Position numbers and translations under genes: made by a program. This document shows positions 12,150 through 24,989 of a stretch of DNA of 64,000 bases, one piece after another (position 1 is the first letter of the stretch; each line of letters opens with the position of its first letter). The stretch is taken from assembly GCF_016432865.1 (NCBI RefSeq), contig NC_067403.1:256308001-256372000 (forward strand). The letters are read 5' to 3'. Below the pieces are notes generated by a model. It had not been told where the DNA came from. It was given only the letters and a program-made list of their open reading frames with translations, and searched no databases. Source of the stretch: Antechinus flavipes (Eukaryota).

Positions 12150-12420
12150 CTGCGGCCCGAAGGGCGGTACCCGAAGGAAGCCCAGGAGCCAGGGAGGAAA
12201 GAGTTCCAGGGACAAGGGACGGCTACGGACAAGTCTCACAGTGAGGAGATGGGATGGCATTTGAAGAGTATTCATGGAGGTCATTTTCATTGGATGGAAG
12301 AGTACAGGAAGAGAATAAGGCAGGGAAACATAAAAAGGGGCAAACTATAAATGATTGGAAGTAGAGGGGAGCTATGGAAGATCAAAGAATGAGCGAATGT
12401 GGTCAGATCTGTGCAAAACC
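12150..12420 (-). mobile_element. Ancient L2-like fragment
   Basis: Purine-rich antisense-L2-type sequence (gagggggagctatggaagatc...gtggtcagatctgtgc). Confidence 0.5.
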
Positions 12421-13499
12421 CTTGACGTTGTCCCATGATTCAGTGTCAGTGAAGGAAAATTAAGCCAAAGAGAATCCGGGGCTCTCTGCTTCGGGGCCAC
12501 CTAGTCTGTCCATCTGACTCAGCGCTGAAGCTGCTTCTCCGGCTTTCTCCTGTTTTAGGGAGCAAGCCCTTTGAGAGCAGGGATCTTCTTGCTCGTCTAT
12601 TTGTATTGCAACGCCAGGACGGTGCTTTGCAGATGGCGAGCTCTTAATCAAGGTTTTTTCATTCATATTAGGTGTAAAATACCATGCTAGGCAATATTCA
12701 TCACCAGAAATATTTATTTATTCTTTTTTTTTTCACCACAAATGTTTAATACAAACAAGAGTATCTTAAAGAATTCACCAGCCACAGGGCAGCTGGGTGG
12801 TGCAGTGGTTAGAGCACCAGCCCTGAAGTCAGGAGGACCTAAGTTCAAATCTGGCTTCAGACACTTATTCCTGGGCAAGTCACTTAACCCCAATTGCCTC
12901 AGCAAAAAAAAAAAAAAAAAAAAAAAGAGTCAACGAGGAGACCCAATAACAAGAATTATTGTCAAAAGCAATGAGCTCACTCACTTTCTGAGGTGCCTGA
13001 GAAACAGGGGAAGCAGGACTTTGACCTCCTGATGCTCAGGAGAAGCAGAGTCTGGCGGCCCGCCTCGGGAGCCCCCCGGTCTGGCAGGGCTCTGAAGGAT
13101 GCTCAGCTAGGGATCCATATGTCACTCCAGCACCCCTCTCCCTCGGGGGCCTGCCACGCCTGGAAATGCTCTCCTGCCTCCTTTCCTTCTGGTAGAATTC
13201 CCAGCTTCCTTTGCAGCTCAGCTCAAGAGGACCTGCTACCAGAAGCCTCTTCTGATGCCCTCAACTGCCTGTGTGCCCCTGACCCTGAACTCACCTCGTA
13301 TTGATTTTGTATAGGGGAAATTAACAAAGCCGTCTCTGATCCAATTAAGGAGTTTTCTGAAGAATCTGATAACAGAATCTAAGCAACCTGGTAACAGCCA
13401 TGGGCTGTTGCGTGATGGCGACCCTGTGACCTGGTGACCTGTAAATAATCGTCAAGTTGACCTTTTAGTTTTTCTCTCATGTTTCTTATTTGTATTTTG

Positions 13500-14060
13500 T
13501 ATTTTTTTTGCCGAGACAATTAGGGTTAAGTGACTTGCCCAGAGTCACACAGCCAGGACATGTTAAGTGTCTGAGGCCAATTCTGGAGAACAATTTGGAA
13601 CGATGCTCAAAAAGCTATCAAACTGTACATCCCCTTTGACCAGCTACACCCGGGGAAAGAACTCTGGGAGAGGACTAAGAACCATTACATAGAATTCCCA
13701 ATCCCTCTGTTTTTGCCCACCTGCACTTTTGATTTCCCTCACAGACTAATTGTTCTCTATTTCAAAGCCCGATTCTTTTTGTGCAGCAAAATAACTGTTA
13801 GGACACGTATACATATATTGTATTTAATTTATACTTGAACATATTTAACATGTATTGTTTAACCTGCCATCTGGGGGAGGGAGTGGGGGGAAGGAGGGGA
13901 AAAATTGGAACAAAAGGTTTGGCAATTGTCAATGTTGAAAAATTACCCATGTATAGAACTGGTAAATAAAAAGCTATTAAAAAAAAGTGTCTGAGGTCAG
14001 ATTTGAACTTAGGTCCTCCTGACTCCAGGGTTGGTGCTCTCTCCACTGCACCGTCCAGCT
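13500..14060 (-). mobile_element. SINE (minus) split by a plus-strand L1 insertion (13577-13984)
   Basis: SINE halves 13500-13576 and 13985-14060; TSD aagtgtctgagg at 13565-13576 and 13985-13996. Confidence 0.85.
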
Positions 14061-16369
14061 GCTCTTCACATGTTTTTTAGAAAGTGCCACATGGACGGGC
14101 CGGATTTTTCTCCCCTTCCCTCCGTTCCTGAGCCGTGGGCGGACGACGTGGCTGCGTCCAGTCCAGCCGGGGCACCAAGTCGTGAGTCTGGCCCGGAGCT
14201 CCCTGCATTCCCCAGGTCCCAAAGGCCTCCTGATCTCCCTGCAGAGTCTCCATTGTTTCCTGAAGGAGCAGGAGGCAGCAGGAGGCGGTGGTCGTGGGCC
14301 CGGGGAGTAGCATCCACAAGGGCTGACGGAGGAGAGCCAGAGGGAGGTGACTGAGGAGACCAGAGGGCGTCAGGGTAGCCACGGGTGTGGTCCTGCCCCC
14401 ATAACCCCTAGCTTACCGCTGGCACACTGGAGAACAAAACCCGGCCGCCCCTTACTCAGAAGTACATCCTGTCAGACGATCTAGAGAAGGAAATGGCAAC
14501 TGTTGGCTCTCTGAGAAAGTGAGTGAGAAACCGCTCAGCCCGGCAGGAACCCGCTCTCTGGCTCGGGAGCATCACTGCAGCCTGCGGCCTTGTCCGGAAC
14601 AACTGCTCCAGAACCGGGTCCGGGGGGGTTGGGTGTTCCTGAAAACTGAGTGTAAAATCACACGTTCTCCTTCGCCCACAGTGGGGGAAGAAGGGGAGGC
14701 AGGAGCTTGTCAATTGGAGGGGGTTGGAGATGGCTGAAGAACTCTGATCCGAGCACTGAAGGCTGACTCCAGGGAAGTGGCGGCCTCCTGCCAGAGAGGA
14801 GCGCAGACCCAGACGCAGGAGGAGCCGGCGCTTTGGGACGAGGAGAACGGGGCATTCATTTTGCTTGCCACATTTTGGCTACGAGAGCTTTTTCTCGCTT
14901 TGAGGAGGGGGAGGATTGCATGGGGGGGGGGGGGGCGATTATTTATCCCTGAATAAGATCTCAAGAGCTACGTCGTCTCTAAGCATTTTACTTTTCTTAT
15001 TCTTATGTCCTTCTAGCAAACAGCATCCGGTTTATTCCATCATCATTTCTGCTTTCTTCTGCCTAATAATAATGATCATGTGCAGTCAGAAAAACCTGAA
15101 TAGTGTGGGACGCTAAGCAAGCCACTTAGCTGCTGGCCCTGCCAGAGCTGTGAGAGGGGCAGCTGGGTGGCGCAGTGGGTAGAGCACCAGAAGTCAGGAG
15201 GACCTGAGTTCAAATCTGGTCTCAGACACTTAACACTTCCTGTCTGTGTGACCTTGGGCAAGTCACTTAACCCCGATTGCTTCAACAACAACAACAAAGA
15301 GTTGTTGTGAGGCTGAAATGAGATAACATGAGAAAGGGCTTAGTTTTGCTCCTGGAACATAGTAAGTGCCATTTCCAACTTTGTATATGTTTAGCTCATT
15401 TTAGGCCCACAACAACCCTGTTATTATTCCCACTTTACAGAAGAGGAGACTGAGGCTGAAAGGGGTTAAGGGCCTTGCCTAGGGCCACAGAGCTAAGAGT
15501 TTGAGGCAGGTTCTAAATCCAGCGGTTCTCTGCTGCTTGTGAGATTCAGTATAAAATCTTGTATTTGCTTTCCCAAACTAATCCCCTCCTCCTTTTCCAG
15601 GCTTCTTGTGCTTTACTTCCTTCCACACGTTCCACGTCCTGGTACGCTGACCCACTTACTGTCCCTTGAACATAACACCGTCTCTGGACGCCACACTTTT
15701 GCCCAGGTGGCTCCCGTACCACGCATGCCCTCCCTCTGAGTTTTTCCACTTTTCAAAGTTGGGATCCCATTCTCTGCTGGAGGATTTCCCCCAGTCTCTG
15801 TAGCTAACGGAAACCAGACCTCCCTTCTAAATTTCCATTTACCCCCCTTGCATCCTCTACGTTCCTGTGTATAAATAGGGCCCGTCTTCCAGGGGACTGT
15901 GTGCTACTTGAAAGGCTGCGGGGCGTTGTGGGTCCTTGTTCCGATCCGTGTTCCGGGTTCTGGGGGTCTGTCCATCCCCATTTTCCAGCCCCGACACGCT
16001 CTGGTTCTCTGAGCTACTCCTTCCTGTTCCCCCCATCCCAGCACACTCTGCGGCTTCTCACCACTGACTCATCGGTGCCTCCAGAGACGTGTGTCACCGC
16101 CATGAGGCAGCTGGAGGTGTGAGCAGTAAACAGGAAGTCTCCCTTCTGTGCGGGCCCCCCTTTCTTCCCCTGCTGCTTCCCAGCAGTACCACTCACTGGC
16201 CTGGCCCGGGTCCAAAGCCGCAGCAGACTCTCCAAGCGGGAAGGGACCCGGGAGACCCTCGAGTCCAATTCAGACTTCACTGAAACGTCCCAGAGAAATG
16301 GCCGCCCGGCTTTGGCTTAAGAGAAGGTCCCTCTGGGGGATTTGGGTGGAAGGGGTCAATGTCGTGGCA

Positions 16370-18920
16370 GGTTAGGCAAGGGATAGTTTACCTCTCTGGT
16401 CTCTGGAGAAGGGAGGAACTTACGGCCAAAGAAGAACCAGAGGACATTAAGAAAGGCAAAATGGCCGACTTGGATTACAGGAAATTAAAAATTTTTGCAA
16501 ACAAAACCAAAAGAAACAAGATTAAAAGGAAAGGACAAAGCTGGGACTAGTCTTTACAGGCAGCACTTCTGATACAGGTCTCATTTTTTTAAAAATAACT
16601 TTTTATTGACAGAACCCAGGCCAGGGTAATTTTTTACAGCATTATCCCTTGCACTCACTCACCTCTGTTCCGATTTTTCCCCTCCCTCCCTCCACCCCCT
16701 CCCCCAGATGGCAAGCAGTCCTTTACATGTTAAATATGTCACAGTATATCCTAGATATAATACACGTGTGCAGAACCGAACAGTTCTCTTGTTGCACAGG
16801 GAGAATTGGATTCAGAAGGTAGAAATAACCTGGGAAGAAAAACAAAAATGCAAGCAGTTTACATTCATTTCCCAGTGTTCTTTCTTTGGGTGTAGCTGCT
16901 TCTGGCCATCACTGATCCATTGAAACTGAGTTAGATCTTCTCTTTGTCGAAGAAATCCCCTTCCATCAGAATCCATCCTCATACAATATCGTTGTCGAAG
17001 TGTATAATGATCTCCTGGTTCTGCTCATTTCACTTAGCATCAGTTCATGTAAGTCTCTCCAGTCCTCTCTGTATTCATCCTGCTGGTCATTCCTTACAGA
17101 GCAATAATATTCCATAACATTCATATACCACAATTTACTCAACCATTCTCCCATTGATGGGCATCCATTCATTTTCCCGCTTCTAGCCACTACAAACAGG
17201 GCTGCCACAAACATTTTGGCACATACAGGTCCCTTTCCCTTCTTTAGTATCTCTTTGGGGTATAAGCCCAGTAGAAACACTGCTGGATCAAAGGGGATAC
17301 ACAGTTTGATAACTTTGAGCCTAGTTCCAAATCGCTCTCCAGAATGGCTGGATGTGTTCACAATTCCACCCACAATGTATCAGTGTCCCCGTTTTCCCAC
17401 ATCCCCTCCAACATTCCCCATTATCTTTCCCTGTCACTCTAGCCAGTCTGACAGGTGTGTAGTGGTATCTCAGAGTTGTCTCCATTTGCATTTCTCTGAT
17501 TAATAATGATTTGGAGCATCTTTTCATATGTCTATAAATAGTTTTAATTTCTTCATCTGAGAATCATCTGTTCATATCCTTTGACCATTTATCCATTGGA
17601 GAATGGCTTGATTTCTTATAAATTAGAGTCAATTCTCTCTATAGTTTGGAAATGAGGCCTTTATCAGAACCTTTGACTGCAAAAATGTTTTCCCAGTTTA
17701 TTGTTTCCCTTCTAATCTTGTTTGCATTTGTTTTGTTTGTACAAAAACTTTTCAATTTGATATAATCAAAATTTTCTATTTTGTGATCAGTCATGATCTC
17801 TAGTTCTTCTTTAGTCATAAATTCCTTCCTCTTCCACAGGTCTGAGAGGTAAACTATCCAATGTTCTTCTAATTTATTTATAATTTCTTTCTTTATGCCT
17901 AGGTCATGAACCCATTTTGATCTTATCTTGGTGTACGGTGTTAAGTGTGGGTCAATGCCTAGTTTCTGCCATACTAATTTTCAATTTTCCCAGTAATTTT
18001 TGTCAAATAATGCGTTCTTATCCCCAGCACTGGGGTCTTTGAGTTTTCATTTCTAAAACATATAAAGAATTGTGTCAGATTTATAAGGATACAAGTCTTT
18101 CCCCAGTTGATAAATGGTCAAAGGAGATGAAGACATTTTTCAGATGATGAGATTAAAGCCATCTATAATCATAGGAAAAATACTCTAGATCATTATGGAT
18201 TAGAGAAATGCAAATTAAAACAACACCTCTCAGATTGGCTAGGATGACAGGAAAAGAGAATGTTGGAGGGGATGTGGGAAAACCGGGACACTGATGCATT
18301 GTTGGTGGAGTTGTCAAATGATCCAACCATTCCAAGAGCGATCTGGAATAAAGGGCTCTTTGCATACCCACTGACCCCGCGGTGCCATTACTGGGTCTGT
18401 ATCCCCAGGAAATCATAAAGGAGGGAGAGGGACCCACAGGTGCAAAAATGTTTATAGCTCCTCTTTTTGTAGTGGCCAGAAACTGGAAACTGAATGGATG
18501 CTCATCAGCTAGAGAATGGCTGAACAAGTTATAGTATGTGAAAGTAATGGCCTATTATTGTTCTGTAAGAAATGATGAGGGGACAGCGAGGTGGCGCAGT
18601 GGAGAGAGCACCAGCCCTGAAGTCAGGAGGACCTGAGTTCAAATCTGATCTCAGACACTTAACACTTCCTAGCTGTGTGACCCTGGGCAAGTCACTGAAT
18701 TCCAACTGCCTCAGCCTCCCCCATCGCCCACCCAGAAAAAATGACGAGCAGGCTGATTTCAGAAAAATCTGGAAAGACAACCATGAACTGACACTGAACA
18801 CAGTGAACAGAACCAGGAAAACACGGAGACAGCAACAAGTTGTGCAATGATCAGTTAGGGTAGACTTAGCTCTTCTCAGAATTCATTGGTCCGAGACAAT
18901 CCCGATAAACTAAAAACAAT
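16370..18920 (+). mobile_element. Older L1 ORF2/3' end, split by a younger antisense L1 and a SINE
   Basis: QGIVYLSGLWRREELTAKEE..DYRKLKIFANKT (16370-16580) continues after 18045 as SKTYKELCQIYKDTSLSPVDKWSK. Confidence 0.8.
16585..18045 (-). mobile_element. Young L1, 3' ~1.45 kb (ORF2 C-terminus plus 3'UTR)
   Basis: ORFs 17321-17527 and 16966-17373 are L1 ORF2 C-terminal (RECWRGCGKTGTLIHC-like; LCIPFDPAVFLLGLYPKEI..GEWLSKLWY). Confidence 0.92.
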
Positions 18921-19399
18921 GAATTAAAAAAGCAAAAGAAAAGGTCCCCTCCCTCCCCCAGCCTCAAGAATCCAGGCTTTCCCAAAAAGGGAGGGGAGGC
19001 AAGTTAATAGAATTTTTCAGAGCGGAGAAAAAGGTTTCCAGGACCCGGCACCTTGGGTCTGTGGAGAAAGACATGGAGCCTCTAGAGCTCAAGGCCCCCA
19101 TGCTGATCAGGAAGCCAGGAATCTCATCCAGTTAGTTCTTAAGTCCAGAAGACTTGGAAAGTGCCTTCTTAATTTAATTTTTTTGTTTTGTTTTTCGGTC
19201 ACTTTTACTTTCCAATATGTTCTCCCTCCCCACCCGATTACTGAACCTTTTGTAAGACATGCATACGTGTGGGTTGTCTAAATATATGCATGTGGCTCAC
19301 CAGTCTTGTCAAGTTGTCTCTTTAAGCTTTTTAGATCTTTCCTCGGTCTCAATTTGATCAAGGCAACACCCATTCACTAACCAAGGTTAGGAAGAAACG

Positions 19400-20750
19400 A
19401 GGGGAAAAATGGGTTCTTTCATCAAGTCAAAAAAAAAAAAATCATTGGGTGGGGCGGCAAGATTGGAGTTTCTGGTCATAACAGAAACAATTGCTCTTTA
19501 CCCTCACCCCGAGATAATCAGGGCCCAAACACTGACCCAGTGGGGCTTGGGATCTATTGTTGGCCTGTCTACAAGGGCCAGAGCGAGTTGGGTTTAAGGA
19601 AGAAATCCACCCTGTAAACCCCAGGATATCTCGCCAGGTTTCAGTGATCAAAATTGATATTCCTGCGCATGTGAGAGTGTGATTGCCTGTGTGGACAGAG
19701 GAAGAGGAGGGAGGCAGAGAGGGGAGGAAGAAAGGAGCTGCGCTGCCCAACTGGAACAGGCCAGCCGGTCTCATCCAACAGAAGGTAATGTCTCATCCAA
19801 CAGAAAGATGGGGGAGGAGCTGAGCGTGAGGTGACCCTAAAAAGCCAAACTCTCCAGGAAAAAGGAAAAAATAGCAACGAGGCGATGCACGTGAGCTGCG
19901 AGAGCGAGAACCGAGGCAGAAGAATCAGATGGGGGGAAGGGCTGGTAGTTCTGCAATCCGGCTCCCATGAGGGAACAATATTTATACATAGTATGAAGGG
20001 GCTAGAACCCTCCAGAATCCCTAAAGAAATAAAGGGAACAGGGAATAGGATAAAGTGAGATAGAGGTTAAGGGGAGTGGGATATGGCGAGTAGATCAATG
20101 GTAGTGGAATATAGAGGGAGGGGAAGGGGGGGAGAAAATAAGAGAGAGATCCATGGGGCGTTGGCGTTGGCAGGGAGGTTAAGTAATGGCGAGGAAAATC
20201 AACAGGTAGAAGTGAAGTAAAAGAATTAGCAAGGATAGGAAGTAACAGTGATCAGGAGTGGAGTTTATTAGGAAAAAAAAAAGTCTGGCCATCAGTTGGG
20301 GAACAGCTGAACAAACTACGGTTCATGGAGGTGATGGAATATTACTGTTCTATAAAAAGTGACGAATGAGCTGATTATTAAAAGGCCCGAAAAGATTTAC
20401 ACGAACTGAGAGAACAAGCAGAACCAGGAAGACACTGTATACAGTGAGAACAAGAATGGGCGATGACCGGCTAAGAAAGGCTCGGTTCTTCTCAGCGGCT
20501 CCGCGATCCGAAGCAATCCCAAGAGACTTTGGGCAGAAAATGCCATCTGCATCCAGAGAAAAGAACTATAGAGATTGCATGTAAATCAGCCCCTGCTAGA
20601 GTCACTTCTTTTTCTGTTGTTTTTTTTCTCTCCCATAGATTTTCCCCTTTTGCTCTGATTTTTTCTCTCTTTTCTCTGGAAAGTGCAAAAGCAAAAGCAT
20701 TTTTAACATGATTCATAAAGCAATGTGCATTAAAAAAGAAAGAAAAAAAG
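19400..20750 (+). mobile_element. Old, heavily deleted L1 (ORF1 remnant, inter-ORF purine tract, 3' end)
   Basis: Frameshifted RARELGL..PRIS near 19575-19635 resembles the L1 ORF1 C-terminus; 20290-20750 is an L1 3' end. Confidence 0.55.
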
Positions 20751-21649
20751 AGTTATAACTGCTGGTCTCAGATAAAATCAAACTTAACAAAAGATTCAGT
20801 TAAGAGACATCACATAGTTTTCCCAAAGTGTCCCATTATTGTAATGTAACTCTATATACATGTATTATTATATTGTATTATATTATGTCTATTTCATATC
20901 GTATCATTATTACAATATAGATAGTACTATATAATGTAACATATTATTGGCGCCCTATAGTACTGAACGCAGTCCAAGCCACGTTGAAAAGTCATTGGAT
21001 ATGCTGAAAAATTACTCATGTGTATATCTTGTAAATAAAAAGCTATAAATTAAAAAAAAAAGAAAAAAAAAGAAAAGTCATTGGGAAATATTTAACAAAG
21101 GAAATAAAAATATAATAAAAAGAGACGTCACATAAATGTCTTTATTTATTCATTCAAAGACAAACTTTCTATGTCAACCCTCATAATATTGTTTTAGATG
21201 TATGTGTATGTATGTCTATATGTAGGTAAGTATGTGTGTGTATGTGTGTGTATACAAACATATGTAATATACATAAATATATCCACATACCCACATAATA
21301 TCCATATTCGTGCTTTACTTGTAGCCTGTTTAGGGAAATGGGGAAGAGGAAAGAGGAAAAGAAAAATAAAGTCAAAAATGCCCAGCAGAGAAAGAAAGAC
21401 AAATAAAGAAAAGGACAGTTATAAATTTCATCTTCTATTGTCATCTATGCTTCCTTAAAAAGCAAATTTATTAGCTGGGTGGAGCAGTGGATAGAGCACC
21501 AGCCCTGAAGTCAGGAGGACCTGAATTCAAATCTGATCTCAGACACTTAACACTTGTAGCTGTGTGATCCTGGGCAAGTCACTTTACCCCAATTGCCTCA
21601 GGGGGAAAAAATAAAATAAAAATCAGAGAATTTCAACAGATTAGAAAAG

Positions 21650-22620
21650 GAGTCAGCAAACTTTTTCTCTAAAGACCAGATCTTTGCCAAGAGGCAAAGT
21701 CTAAGCTATTATGTAACGAGGGAGAAAACTCATTTCTACAAAAATTTTAAAAATACAATTCAAAATATCATAATAACAATAATAAAGATTGCTTTTTAAA
21801 ACAATTTGCTAATGATAATGGAGTTTTTGATGAAGATAACATTTTATCTAATTGGGGTTCAATATTTCTGTTCCCTATCATTTAAATTGATTAAAAATGT
21901 TCAGTGGAGAGAGCGCCAGCCCTGAGTTCAAATCTGATCTCAGACACTTAACACTTCCTGGCTGTGTGACCCTGGGCAAGTCACTTAACCCCAATTGCCT
22001 CAGGGTGAAAAAAAATTCATTTGTTAATGACTTGTAATGAGATTTTACATATTTCATCTTTGAAAATGTCTTCTCACACAAATTTTGCTGTCAATACATG
22101 ATATGGTTTAAGTGTATTTCTAAGTGAGAAAGTGTGTGTACAATTCTATTCAATTCTTTGCTTGATTTCTGTCTTTTTAACGTGTCATTGATCACTTTCC
22201 ACCGAGACTCCTCAACCGAATAGTTCGATGGATTCCGACATTTCTTTTGCTTTTGCACTTTCTAGAGTCCTGGGTGCGAATCCAGCCACTCATGTGTGAC
22301 CCTGAGATCTATAAAATAAGCTCGAGCGTATAAAGCACTCGCCTAGTGTGACTTTGCTGACCTTTCAGTTCTCTGGGTAAATGTGGTTTTGTCTTGCCAT
22401 TTTGGAAGCATTCAGAAGGGTCATCGAGGATGGAGCAAAAGCTAATCTTCGAAGCTGTTCAATGTTGAGCAACAGTGGTTGAGAGCAGCTATTCCCATTC
22501 AGGAAAAACCGCGGTTTTGGCCTAAAATTCAACCAATCGGAATAAAGGCATTTTCTCTTCTTGTTTTGACCCGCTGGGTGCTCATGAAGATGTACCCGTG
22601 GCACCTGAAACACTGTCCAG
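21650..22620 (-). mobile_element. hAT-Charlie DNA transposon remnant
   Basis: Terminal-like aggagtcagcaaactttttctctaaag at ~21651; minus ORF 22365-22613 carries FLNGNSCSQPLLLNIEQLRRLAFA, resembling Charlie transposase FLNEKNRPQPLLSNTEWLWKLAFA. Confidence 0.65.
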
Positions 22621-23689
22621 TTGTAACTGGGAGGGTACCCAGCAGCAGAGCAAAATGGGGAGGGCTCTTGGGTCCCAAAAGGAGGATGGGGGGGCTCTCC
22701 TCTTCCCTCTTTCTGTCCCCCCCAGGCCCTTCCACAATCTCGGTCCTTCTTGACCTTTTTCTCTCCGGCCGAGCTCCCCTATTCACCCTTTCTCCCCACT
22801 CCCACCCTCCCATGCAGCTGCTGAAATAAGATTTTTTTGAATTAAGCAAAGGAAAAAGGCAAAGCCGGAGAACGGGAACCGCATGGGTGAAATGGGCTCA
22901 GGGCCTAATGCCAGCCAAACTTGGGGCAGGGATCAGTTCTGGTGGGAAGGCCCCAGCTTGCCTCCCTTTGGTGGAGAGGTGGGGGGCCGGGGTTGCAGAG
23001 CGCTGCATTTGCTGTCATGTCTGATCATCCCGTCAGGGGCAAAGGCTTGCCTTGGATACAGGAGAACGTAGGGTGCCTGAAGAGGACTTTCCCCGGCCCT
23101 TTTGTCTCTAGCGTCTGCCTGGTATGTGACATACAGGACGCAGTTACTAAATGTTAAATGAAAAAAAAAAAAAAAACCACAAGAAGGAAGGGTTAAAGTT
23201 CAGGAGGAGATGAGTGCAATTCTATAGGAAATGAAGGACAGGGATAAGGGTATTTAAGCTACACATCACTCCAGAAGCCCGTACAGAACCTCAGCCTCCG
23301 AGGCTGTCGGACTGAACCCAGACTTGAAGAGAAAGCCCCAGGGGTCTGCTTGACCACAGCCGGACTGGAGGGCTCCCGACCTCTTGAGGCAGCCTCTTCC
23401 TCTTTGGGACCGCTCTGATGCCTCAGTTTACCTCTTTGTAACTTCCCTCTATTGTGTTGTGTACTGCCTTAGGTCAAGCACGACAGTTTTTTTCTTTTCC
23501 CCACAAAGACCCCTGATAATACCTGGATTCTGTTCAACAAAAATGGGTTGGCCAGGGAGCTCGCTTGTGGTGGGCTGGAGAGAAGCTGGGGAGCATTCAT
23601 TCTGCCCTTGAGGCAGGGGGGGGAAATCTAAGGAAAGTCTTTGAGAGTGGGGTGACATGGTCACATATGTTTTGTTTTGTTTGGTTAAT

Positions 23690-24065
23690 CTTTTTATTTA
23701 TTTTTATTGAAGCTTTTTATTTTCAAAACAAGCAAGAATAATTTTTCACCACTGACCTTTGTAAAACCTTGAGTTCCAATCCCCCCCCCTTTCCCCATCC
23801 CCTCTCCTAGATAGAAGAAATCCAATATATGTCAAATATGGTAAAAATATATGTAAATCCAATCTAGACATTCATATTTCTACAATTCTCTTGCTGCACA
23901 AGAAAAATCAGATCAAAAAGGAAAAAAAATGAGAAAGAAAATGAAATTCAAGCAAACAAGAAAAAGAGTGAGAATGTTCGGTTGTGAGCCACACTCAGTT
24001 CCCACAGTCCTCTGGGTGTAGATGGCTCTCTCCAGCAGAAGAGCACTGGAACTGGTGCTGATTGT
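23690..24065 (-). mobile_element. L1 3' tail
   Basis: Poly(T)/tttatt start, then reverse marsupial L1 3'UTR. Confidence 0.75.
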
Positions 24066-24089
24066 TTTTAATGGTTCATGTAACATGTA

Positions 24090-24800
24090 ACGAATAAATA
24101 TGATTTGATAAGCCACATGTGGTTTGGAAATAACTTGAGGGCTGTGAGGTGAAAGGAGTAGAGATAAGGAGGAATGAGAGAGGAGGTGACTCTCCTAGTT
24201 GTCCAGGAAGGGAAGGTCTGAATGAAGATGGCAGCCGCCTGAGTGGAGAGAAAGGTTTGGAAGGAAGAGCTACTTGCAAGGGAGGATTGACAGGATTTGG
24301 TGACCAAGTGGGCAGAGTCCAGGGCCAGCAGAGAGCAGAGGGGACCGTGGGGACCGAGGTGGAGGGGACAGCACAAACGTTTGCTCCTCTGATTCTGAGG
24401 CTCACAGGGAAGGGTGTGGGAGCTGAGGATGAGGGGATGCCCTGTGGAGCTCGAGACCAGACCCAAGAGAGCCCTCCTGACCTCTGACTCTCAGAGGACC
24501 AGGGTTTCTCGTAATTTCTCAATAAGGTAGGGAGGAGGGATCGAGAATAACACTGTGGTTGTGAGCAGGAGCCACTGGGAGTTTAGTGGCAGAAATAGGG
24601 AAAGTCGGAAGGGAGCCATGGCTGGAAAGGGAACGAGTCCCATTTGCACATGTTGGTTTGTGATGCCTGTTGGAACATCCGAGATCCGGATCAGGGCGAT
24701 GGGATTGGAAGTTGGGAGAGGCCGGGGCCGGATGCCCGAATCCACTGATCCTGTGCCTACAGATGCTGACCGAAGCCTTGGGAGCTGATGAGGCTCCCAG
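24090..24800 (-). mobile_element. Ancient L2 fragment(s) upstream of CTSW
   Basis: Typical antisense L2 text (ggattgacaggatttggtgaccaagtgg..., ggaacatccgagatccgg...gggattggaag). Confidence 0.55.
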
Positions 24801-24989
24801 AGAAAGAACAGCTCTGAGCACCCCCAAACAAAGGGCTCCCCCAGTGCCTCGTATGCCTCGGGATGAGAAGAGCGCCATTCCCTTCAGTCCAGCCTGGCCC
24901 TTCTCCTTCTCCTTGCTCTGCTCTGAGAGCAGTGGCCAGATGGGCCAGACTGTGGGACTGTCTGCTCTCTGGTCAGGGGGATGGCGGCC

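Noticed and set aside
14735-14737. In-frame TGA as selenocysteine or readthrough
   Set aside because: No recognisable SECIS or selenoprotein homology; a chance open frame in GC-rich DNA is more likely.
19490-19850. Splice-like signals and a purine-rich exon candidate
   Set aside because: Better explained as decayed L1 ORF1 sequence.
22381-22480. Protein-looking plus ORF MWFCLAILEAFRRVIEDGAKANLRSC
   Set aside because: It is the antisense of the Charlie-like transposase remnant.
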